Under the pieces are notes generated by a model. That model was given only the letters and a program-made list of their open reading frames with translations. It was not told the origin of the DNA and ran no database searches. Below, one piece after another: positions 53,701 through 64,000 of a DNA stretch of 64,000 nucleotides; the stretch's first letter is position 1; every line of letters starts with the position of its first letter. Source of the stretch: Trichoplax adhaerens (Eukaryota > Animalia > Placozoa); NCBI RefSeq assembly GCF_000150275.1, contig NW_002060944.1, forward strand, positions 9,014,159 to 9,078,158. Reading direction: 5' to 3'. Position numbers and translations under genes: made by a program.

Positions 53701-56700
53701 AAATCGAATTCAACCTCTCTTTTCAAGTATAATTTCTAAGGATGCAAACAGTTTCACTAAAATATAGTCATAATTGGTCTTAAATGTTAGCATTTGGACT
53801 ATTAAGTAATGCATGGATCTAATATATACTCTATAATTCTCCCAGTTTGCACGTTCAACCTACTTGACATAAATTCTATTTTTACATCCTTTCCGTCTAG
53901 TACAACAGTTTCGTTCTACTATTAAAAATTAATCTATCTTGAATGTTAATATTTTACTTTTAGTTTACGTCAAGATAAAATTTATTTTTATAATTTTTAT
54001 ATAGCACAACAGTCTCCTTCTACTATTAAAGATCAATCGGTCCTGAATATTAACATTTAGACTAATAAATAATGCACACATGCATTATATAGTCTACAAT
54101 TTTTCAAGTTACCTCTAATTTACTTGACACCAAATCTATTTTACAATCTGTGGCCTAGTACAACAGCTTCATCCTGCTATTGCACTAACTCTTAATCGAA
54201 GCGGTAACAATATTTGGAATCTACTTATACGTATCATTTTTTAACTAGGCTGTTCTGGATCGATGTGTAATTTTATCAAATCATCCAAGAAATCATCCAG
54301 ATTCCTTTGTAAGCTAACCTACCTACTGTAAATAGGTTTATACTAATATCTAATAATTTTCTTTTAGCCATTGAGATAACTGTTATGATACGAGGCTCCA
54401 ATTATTATGCATCTTGATTAAAGCAAAAAATAAAATTGGCATGGAAATTGATATGTTGTATTATTTTTTAATCTACTCCAGGTTACTTTTAATTATAAAT
54501 ACATTGAATCGCCACCCCAAGAGACACAATTGCGAGAAGTTAAAGATTGCTACTTGTCCATTTCGGTAGGTTAATATAACCTATTCGTCAAATTTAATTT
54601 AGTATTCAAGAGATCGGCCACAGCATCACCTAATTTTAATTGATTATTGGATCAATAAATAAATGATGTCCAGCCTTAAATGATATTTTGACTAAGCAAA
54701 CAACAAAATATCACTGTAAAGTTTAAGCCAATAGAGTAATGCTAATTGCATCCATTTTTTATACTCTTTAGAGTATGGTTGAATATAATCGTGAAAAATT
54801 ATTTACTCATCCCTTAATCATGGCTTATCAGCGACATAAATGGTTCGTTACAATTAAACTGCATTTTAAATTACTGACACTATCCAGCAGACTATATAAT
54901 ATACCTAATCATCATATATAGCCATCGCTAGTTTACTTGAATAGTTTTATTTCCTCTAATGGTCAAGATACCGTAGCTACTTTATTAAATCTATGCCTAT
55001 TCAGCAAATAATCTACCATTTATCTATAGTCTATTTCCCAGTATTGATTCAGGCAGAAATACTAAAATCATCTTGCTATTCTTAATCAAAGGAACAGCGG
55101 GCTAGGATTACGATTTTATATGGAATTAGTTAGCTACTTTATCATCGTTTCATTGTTTTCTATCGTTATGGGACTTGATCTAATCTGCAATACAAATAAT
55201 AACGCAACTTATGTCAATAATTCATACTTGGTAAGAAATTAGAGAGAATAGTAATTATATTACCGAGTATTATATAACTTATATAGAGATAATGTCAAAA
55301 CTATCTAGAGACAATATTCTCGTGACCAACCATTGCATTTGTGCTATTTAATTTAATCGCATCAGAGTTTCCAAATTAAAATGTTCAAAATTTTAAAATA
55401 CTTCATCTTTTTGTTGATAGGATTGCAGAACTGTCCCGCAATCTGTAATCAGCAGCTCACCAGTGGTTATTGTAGTTCTTGGTTCCTTAGTTTTCATTGG
55501 TCATTTAATTGCTTTTTTGGCTCGTGTAAGCTATAAAATTCATCCTGATTTATATCTGCGAAAAGAATAGTATCTCTACTAAAGATTAATTTTTCAGCCG
55601 TTTCACTGTAGCTGTACTTCTATCTTCAATGAACATTTTTTTATCAAATTAAGTTTCTCCGTTACTACTTTAAAATTGTTATAGCCATACGAACGTATTA
55701 AAAATTTCTCCATCAACTTTATGGAAATGTTCATTGGGCTATTCTCCGTTGTTTTTGGCATACTAGCTATGGTTTACGGAAGCAATGTCATTAATTCGCA
55801 GCTAGGCGCTGTGCTAGTTTTTTTGGCATTAATGGTTATTGTCGTTAGTTTGCAGAGGTAGACAGTCCTATGAGTTGTAAATGCTAAAATTAAATATGTA
55901 TAGCACTTGTAACATGTATTTGAAGACTAAAGTGAAATATATGTTGATATTACCTATTGACGATTACATTCTGCGTTCTAGAGCCGATTTTTTAGGTCAA
56001 TATATTGTCATGTTCATAGCGGTGCTGAAAACTGTGCTCAAGGTCATGATTTTGGTCATGATTATTTTAATAATATTCGGTATTTCCTTCCAACTTGCCT
56101 TCAACGCAACAAATGTTAGTCATATCCATAACTTCTAAGCAAATTTCTGTATTATTTATAATTTACATGATTGCAATACAACATAAATTAAGTCGATAAA
56201 CGTAGACAGATATTGAGTTTAATTCCGGTATGCGAGCTATCTCTAGGATAGTATTTGATACTGATCATATGGATAGCATAAGTTAAACCTAGGTAATTCT
56301 ATATGCTTTTGGGAACCTTTTCAAATGTGATCTTAATATAAGTTTTACTAGTTTCTAGCCAAATTTATAAACTTTATCCGTTGTCATTACTCTAGCTAGT
56401 ATTGCTCTAATAATTAATGTCGTGATCGCCTCATATCAGGCAATCCTATCTATACCGTAGTCTGTTTTTGTTATAATAAGCAACGTGAATGCAATCCACG
56501 TGCTTTAAAAATTTTCCTTATCAAGAGTTTACAATCAGAATGGGCTAAAGCATAAAATTTTACATAGCTATGGCCGTTTATTTAATATAGTGTGTAATTA
56601 CAGTATGTGTCTGCATTAACATCACGGTATACTATGTCATTGACATAATTGCAATTCCATTCATTCTTACTAATAACATAGCATAACCTAGATCTTTGAA

Positions 56701-58075
56701 GTTTAAAACAATTTATATTATCAATCTACAAGATTGCTCCATTTAATGAAATTGTCACGGATTTCCTTGGCCTATTTGTCATGTTTACTGGAGAAATTAG
56801 TTTTTACGAAATATTCGCTCCAAAACTGCGTGGTTTACCAGCTGCACACCTGTTAGCACTAAGCTTTCTCCTGATAGCTTTTGTAGTCCTTCTAAATGTC
56901 ACATTGGTAAATTTATTGGTTAGTAAAGTCCTGCTTGCAATATTGAATTGGCACGATTTATATCAGCATATGTAGCAACTTGCGAATCGATTTATAATCT
57001 AAACTTTGCAAGACTAATTTCAGTAACACGTTAAGTACTGCCAGTAAAAAATCAATAATCTTAGAGTGCACCTATTATCCATTAAATTATATAGCCTTTA
57101 TCAAATTTGCTATCTATATGTCTATAAATAAGCAAGAAGCTTCTGCAAATGTTACTAATGCTAGCATTTAATACAAATCAGCGTGCTATTCCGTCTAATA
57201 ACGTTAAAATTCTACTTGTAAAAATTTTACTATACTAAAATATATCCGTTGTCTATTAATTGCATAGCCTTTATTCGAATTTACCATTCTCACCACTATG
57301 ACTTAAGCAAAAAGCTTCTTTGAATGTTACTGATAGTAGCTTTGTAACTTAAATTAGCATGCTATTACATGCTTTGCTATGCAGGATTTATTGATAACCG
57401 ATGACTAAAATATAATTTCGCTTCTTTCACCCTATAGATTGGCTTAGCTGTCGGTGATATTCACGAACTACAAATGCGAGCTAATTGCTCCCGCATCATT
57501 AATCAACTTGTCATGATTTATGAAAAGAATAATGATGAGATCGATTATTTCAGAAAATCTCTCTACAAACCGATGTCAGTTTATCAAGTTCGTGGGCCAA
57601 AAGGAAAGTTACGAAATGTGGGTTATTCTAATATGCATCAAATACTTCAAATTATCATGCAAATTCTATTTTAATCTAGCTGACAAGGTCTTACACTATT
57701 TTTTATATAGTTTATTTGGAGAAACATATCAGGCAGAGCGTTGATTATAAAGCGCGTATTTGATCGAATTAAAGAAAAAGAAAGTAGCAAAGAAATGTCC
57801 TATGACTGCTCAGGAGATCATGACTATGACATGCATGACGCCTATTATGAGTAAGTTGTAGCATATCTACAAGCTAAAGCTAATTATAACAAATTTTAAC
57901 TATACAAGAATTCATTCCAAATTAAACAGAAATTACATATTATTCACGTATGGACTTATTTTCATCAAATTTTAATTATTATTCTTACCTTAGACACAAG
58001 CAATTAAAGGAATCGATTACTGAATTAAAAAAGATGGTGCAATCCATTGCTGCTAAAGTTAATGCCGAAAATTAA
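47702..58075 (+). CDS. TRPA1: TRPA1-like ankyrin-repeat cation channel, paralogue C (25 exons)
   Basis: Exon 1 47702-47950 (MIQP...NKINSEMLRVYK), exon 2 from 49688, pore exon 56733-56918 (MFTGEISF...NVTLVNLL), exon from 57438 with the canonical TRPA1 motif IGLAVGDI, last exon ends TAA 58075. Exon structure matches A and B at the junctions checked. Confidence 0.92.
48800..49240 (-). mobile_element. Solo-LTR-like element, family B, in intron 1 of TRPA-C
   Basis: Minus strand TGTCACGGTACGAACTACCGTGA...GAAGCTGGTTTATGACA, imperfect TSD CTGTT/CTCTT, homologous to 16076-16650. Confidence 0.75.
53830..54190. repeat. Diverged tandem repeats (2-3 partial units), TRPA-C intron
   Basis: TAG(T/C)ACAACAG...TCTACTATTAAA occurs at about 53898, 54002 and 54156; TACTTGACA..AAATCTATTTT occurs twice. 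Confidence 0.6.
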
Positions 58076-60043
58076 AGAAAATACCTAGTACCTTATCTAA
58101 AGTTTTAAAATTTGTAAATACTCAAAGAAGCATTAAAAAATTTCCATATTTTTAACGATTACCAGGAATTAGCAAAAAAATGAAGTTGCAGTTATCTTTA
58201 GCACCGTGACAACATCATATTCGAAATAACTCTAAGCTAATGAAAGATACCGCCATATTGCGTATTATAATCTATATCTAAAAACTGGAATCAAAGCAGC
58301 TAGGGCAATAACGTGTTTGAATTATAAAATAAGCAAACACTGATGTTTGCTACTTTAGTAATTTAAGGTTATCAACTTTCACAGGCCTGTGAAATATTAT
58401 ATTCAATATTCTATATTACAAAGTTCCGGTTTAATATACAGTAAAAGGAATATTTTATTAATCATTGAGCAAAAGTTACGTATAAATTAATCAAAGATTT
58501 CAATCATAGCATCTACTTCTAGAATAGCTCTGAATATATATTCCAGTATAGAGAATGATACTACGCTACAAGCTCTACATATCTATCGAATAAAAATTTT
58601 AAACACGGCCACTAAAAAATAAATATTTTTGGGTGTTCAGATTTCCAAAATTAAATTATCCATGAATACTATACCTTCGATAGTTTATTTCCCACCTCTT
58701 GGCTATCACCTACTAATCTTTAATTACAATCCATAGAGACATCTACATATGATACGTTAGAATTTAGTCATTAATTGGTTATCATTTGATTTTTGCACCC
58801 ACTTAAAAACAATTTATTAAGGTAATATATATATATAGTAGATGATGCAAACAAAGTATGACCATGATTGCACTACATGCGTAGGGAGCCTTAACTAGAC
58901 TTTGATTTGATAGTTAGTAGTCTATATCAACATGTATACTTTGTTGGAAGAGGATACAATGAAGTAGTAGATTACTTGAGTACTTATTTAACACTAATTT
59001 GATTTACGGAGTCTTACATCAACGTATTTGTTATACTATAAATAAATTATTCGGCTGCATGGACTGTTTATTACGTTTTCTTTCCTTTCTATTACATATT
59101 TTTATATCTATAAGCCCGCTAGTAATAGTTTCGTATTCTCGTAGCGATCATTAAACTAAATGAGGTTTGCTTAAACCAATATTTAATCATTTTAAATGGT
59201 TATCCGAAAGTAAATATCTGTTTGGTGACAGGTTATAGGTGATACCAATCATTCAAAGTTCATCTAAATATACAGCTACGATGCCACTTTGAACCATTCA
59301 TAAATTATGGATTCTAGGCAAAGGTAAACGATATTTTCTCCTTACCCCATACAGTAGAGTGTACATTGGTAGGAAACAACGACTCGTGTTCATATTTATT
59401 TATACAACAATAATTCGAACTTTCTTACACACCTAAATGTATCTAAAGTAATAAAACAATAAGAAATTAATATTCAAGAATGATTGGTCTCAGATGAATT
59501 GTGGTCGGATGGGTGCTTGCAAAGAAAACTTTCATCTTAAAGTGTATTAAGATTGTAATTGCCTGTTGTTTATACTAGCAATCAGATAGACTGCTATGAT
59601 CTAGGTTATATTTATTGCTACAATCTTTATCTCTACATGTATTCTATCTCTAATAAATTAATTTAGTTGTAATAGTGACAGCGTTAATTATTTTATTTTA
59701 CTTTACGATAGCTAACACGCTGCTCTACTGGAACTTTTTAGCACTTATAGTCTATAATAAAGAATCTATTTTCTTACTCAATGCACTGGTGCAAATCTCT
59801 AAGTAGCTGCTCAATTTACTTCCGCTGAATCATCAAACCATCCATCATACATCCATCCAATGATATACTTATGTACATGTGTTGATCCTCTTACCTTAAT
59901 GAGTGCACGGGTTTACTTATCGTAAGCTGTTCCAACATTATTTGCCGGCCATTTTACCATCCAATATGATTCGATATCCCTCACTAAATCACCAAGATTC
60001 TCAAAAATTATACGCTATCAGACGAGATAGAAATAAAGTTTTG

Positions 60044-60222
60044 ATAATCCAACCCAATCAACAACCGGACAAAATGATAGATGATAGCCAAGATGATGAT
60101 GAGAATGATGAATTTACCGTTCAATATTCAATGCAGCCACAGTTGAATAAACCAAAAAAGTCAAACGTAATAAGTGCTTCGATTAAAACAGCATAGATTC
60201 AACAGTCCTACTAATCTATCAG
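60044..60222 (+). pseudogene. Disrupted first exon of a probable fourth TRPA paralogue
   Basis: Begins ATA-ATC-CAA-CCC (IIQP; compare MIQP and MIKP in the paralogues). Ends ...NSIDSTVLLIYQ followed by gtaag, matching the exon-1 ends NFVDPDLIPLYQ|gt and NKINSEMLRVYK|gt. The two halves are one frame apart at the A-run 60185-60188. It lies about 2 kb after paralogue C, similar to the A-B and B-C spacing. Confidence 0.55.
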
Positions 60223-61683
60223 GTAAGATAGGGAGTTTCCATTGATTAGTATATCCGGGCCTTAGTCTGTACAGCATCAAATTATAATTGATCCTATGCA
60301 TATATATAATAAGTAAAATAAACTAGATAGTTTAGGTTGGGCTGACTGTATTCCTTTCTGTAATTATTGAAGTAAATTTATCTTTTCTTCTATAAGAGTC
60401 AGTAATTCAAAGGCAAACCTTCACATTTTCTCGCAGTACTTATTTCTAAACATCAAAATGTTGTGTAGTTTATTGACTTGCTTCCAACTCATACGCTTAA
60501 GGTGCTTTTAGTCAATAAAGTTTCTAATAATTTCCCATCCAATGCCTTCATGATTATAATCTATCCTAATTCGAGGGGAAAAACTCATTATTACAAACAA
60601 ACTGATGACATACTAGTTTATCTCCTTACAATTCATTCTCGACTCCTAATAATTTAATAGTAAAGTATGATCATAAAAACTTTTAAACTGATTTATTCTC
60701 AAATCTAATGTTGATAGCCCAATACTATTAAATGAACCTCAATATGAAACTGCTCTATTTTTTCAAAATAAGTTGGAATTACTTCAATTTATTAATTTGT
60801 AAACCAGTACTTATGACTTAAAGTAAACCATAATCATGATCATAATGGATTTCATGCAGCTATAGACTTCTCAAGTATATAAGGCTAGCTTGTAATTTTA
60901 TATACTAAAGTAGAATACATTCTGGTGAAAACTAATTTGATTTCCATCACATATCATGCTCATGATATTTTGTCTACTAAATCATTTATCTTTGTACACT
61001 ATATAAAAAGCACAGTTACTTGTTGGAGAAGTACAATTAACACTTTATAAGCTTGTGTTATTAATAGCTTGAAGCACACTGGATTTAATTATTAATCCGC
61101 CCTATAAAAGTGAAAATTTTACTCATATATAATACCTAAAAGACAGGCTTTAACAATTTCTATTTTTAATTTATAAATATTGACTTGAGTTGCAAATTCT
61201 TTGATCACAGATAGGATACAAAGCCATGAAAATTATTTATCTGTATAACAACATCTAGATGATGCTTGAGAAAGTATAGTGAATTTTTGCACTTTGACTT
61301 ATTTGATAACTTGAGCTGCCTCCTTTTAATAATAAATTACCTCTACAGAAGTGAAATTAGCTCATGTCGTCCAGGTCAAAATAACAGTTATTAAGAAAAC
61401 GTAAACATACTAGTTTTTCAAGCTGTGTACCAAGAGCTTGAATTATATTTTATATTTGTAAATGAAGACAACATGCATGAAAATGATTGATTTATTCTTT
61501 TTAAACTATGTTATGAGCAAACAGGGATAATCCGACGTTTAATTTGATCAAACAAAAATCGAGAACTATTGCACCCCTCCTTACTACACTAAGATAGCAT
61601 TTTATTTGAAACCTAAGCCTAAAAGGATAAAATTGTGAAAGGCAACCCATAAAATTAGACGTACTATATGGTTCTAATAACAG

Positions 61684-62020
61684 GTAGAAACTCTCTTACT
61701 TTAAGCCAGATTGACAAGTTCTCAATCATAATGGTAGGCTATTACAAAATAACAATTTTATTTCAGTAATTATATTAGATAATGACTTCATCGATGTCTA
61801 CCTTATTTGATTATGAAATAAATCCGTATTGATCTAAAGTGGATGATAGTGCTATACTATGCGATTCTAATACCTAGTAGAAACTCTCTTAGTTTAATAT
61901 AGATTAACAAGTTCTTAATCATAATTTTCGTAAACTAAGAAATAGCAAGCTCTATATTAGAAGATACGTACACATTTATCGTTGTCTAGCTTAGTTGAGG
62001 ATAAAACTTCATATTTATCT
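61684..62020. repeat. Diverged tandem duplication, about 193 bp unit
   Basis: GTAGAAACTCTCTTA.TTTAA...AGATT.ACAAGTTCT.AATCATAAT occurs at 61684 and 61877. Confidence 0.7.
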
Positions 62021-64000
62021 AAAGGTGTATTTATAATAAATTAATTTTATACGAAAGCGATACTTGCTACATAATTTAAATTTAAATCTCAAATCCTATA
62101 ATGTACTCAAGCTGTTTAGCTTACTGATATTATATTATAACTGGAAACTACAAGTAAGACTTAGCAAAGGAGAGCAGTGGCAACAAATGTTATCAAGAAG
62201 TGAATGAGTCATCAATTTACTATATAATCTAATAAAGTTTATAACGAATTCTTTAGGAAAATTTCAATGTGAAATATGAAAGTTAAATAACCATATGGCT
62301 ACTGCTGATAAAAACATATGAATATGATAGATTCGATTCCTACATGATTTTTTATACTGATAATGACTCAAGTTGAAAACGCGGGTAGCATGCAATGTAT
62401 CAAATATTTAAACTCGATTTTCATGTCATCTCAAACAGGTTTCAATGCAAGGTTAACTGTCAATCCTATTATGTACTGTGAATGGTCATATAATTTCATT
62501 AAGGATTTTTGGCGATCCAGTATAGAAGTGCAAATCTTTTATAATGCAAAAGAATTTCAATAGATTGTTCATTCAGATATTATGCATATCAGTAATTTCG
62601 TAATACAAAGTATACAATCCATTTGAAATTTCAAGATTCATTCTAACAGAATGGAGCTCTATATAGGTTAACCTAACCAATAATCATCTATATATTTCGT
62701 GTATGAGCTAAGAAATTTTTAGTTAGATCAAGAGAAAAGGAAGAACGTTAACGTAATATGAAAAATTAATATGATGTTTAGCGTATTAAATACACAAACG
62801 CTAGCATTTCATAGAAGTTAATATTTTAGCTATGAAATATTGTAGATAAGATTAGGAATTACCGTTTGGGAGCTACTCAATTATTTTTATGTATCAAAAC
62901 GACCAATCAAGCATCTTATAGATATAAACAATCTGTTTGCTAATATATGTTCACCTAATAAGATATAGCATATCCCAATCTACGTAGTCTAATATGTATT
63001 AGAACCAGTTTAAACGGATTATGCAATCCCTCCTATACCATATAATTCACATTTCTATGGCAGATATCTATGAAATTATATTTAGAATTTTATTTCTGAA
63101 ATATTTACTTTTTAAGCTTATAAATATTACACCAATTATAGAATGTTATTATAATGAAGCAATACATGCTTCGAGAATCCAGCATACGGTACTGGTGTGA
63201 CAAAATATCGTTCGATGAATACTGTAAAATATTTTAAATACTATCCATTTTCTGACTTAAACGGTTTGTCTGCAATCTATGTAATCTACTACGAATTAGA
63301 GCCAGTTTAAACGGATTGCACAATCCCTGTGCCTTTGAGTTTAACATATTCATGCTAGCTATCCCATGAGTTGACATTAGAAATTTTATTTTTGAGACTT
63401 TTACTTTATAAGTTGACAAATACTACTTTAATTGTGTTACATTATTGGTTAAAGGGAAATATTAAATGTTATGACATTAGATTATACAGCACTGCCAGGG
63501 CAAAGCGTGAGCGTCGTTTAATAACCGTAAAATTTAAAATACATTTTCTGATACCAATAATATCCAATGACCTTATAAAATTTTAACTAAATTAAACTAG
63601 TCTAATTCATCACTGCTATCTGACTAGTCATATATTACACCCTTCGTAAGGTACCGATTTAAATCATGATCTCTATTGTAACATAAATGAAATAGATTTT
63701 AAAATTATCTTTACACATTCGGAAGTGACATCATAGAATAAAGTTCTCATAATTTAATATCATTCGATTACGTATCCATCAGTTTATTGCCTAAATTCGA
63801 TTTATTCTGATCCACTGATGATTATTTAGGCTATGCCATCCTAATCGATTGTCATAATTATTAATAGACTGATTTAATTTCAGATTTTCTTATAGACTAT
63901 TGCAAACACTGAGTAGTACTTATAATCTAGAATTTTGTTTGTTTATACTGATAGATAGGAGAACTAATCTGTCGAACATTGCTTACAACCTGTAAATGTA

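Noticed and set aside
58377-58394. Perfect 18-bp palindrome TTTCACAGGCCTGTGAAA after TRPA-C
   Set aside because: Single occurrence with no counterpart seen after paralogues A or B.
1-64000. Prokaryotic systems (CRISPR, operons), rRNA or tRNA genes
   Set aside because: The sequence is intron-rich eukaryotic DNA; no repeat-spacer array or structured RNA gene was recognised by eye.

Overview
AT-rich eukaryotic DNA (roughly 30% GC by eye) with many short spliceosomal introns. The compact, intron-dense style would fit an early-branching animal such as a placozoan, but the taxon is inferred, not shown. The ORF track only catches exon fragments, so I assembled genes by hand from GT/AG boundaries and reading-frame phase; boundaries may be off by a few nt. 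Contents, genes all on the + strand: (1) a complete 24-exon STAT transcription factor gene (5868-14820) with one GC-AG intron, a divergent SH2 phosphate-binding loop and no C-terminal transactivation tail; (2) a tandem array of three apparently intact 25-exon TRPA1-like ankyrin-repeat cation channel genes (21860-33225, 34974-45886, 47702-58075), plus a damaged first exon of a probable fourth copy (about 60044-60222); (3) at least seven solo-LTR-like elements of two related families, most with TG...CA-like ends and 5-bp target-site duplications, sharing a TATA/AATAAA/3' module, with a 5'-terminal hairpin in family B; (4) a roughly 4-kb decayed mobile-DNA-like block between STAT and the channel array; (5) many old short tandem duplications in introns and intergenic DNA. 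The most notable biology is the diversified TRPA array: His replaces the S2 Ca2+ ligands, Thr sits at the lower gate in two copies, key electrophile cysteines are absent, and the pore sequences form a mosaic across paralogues.
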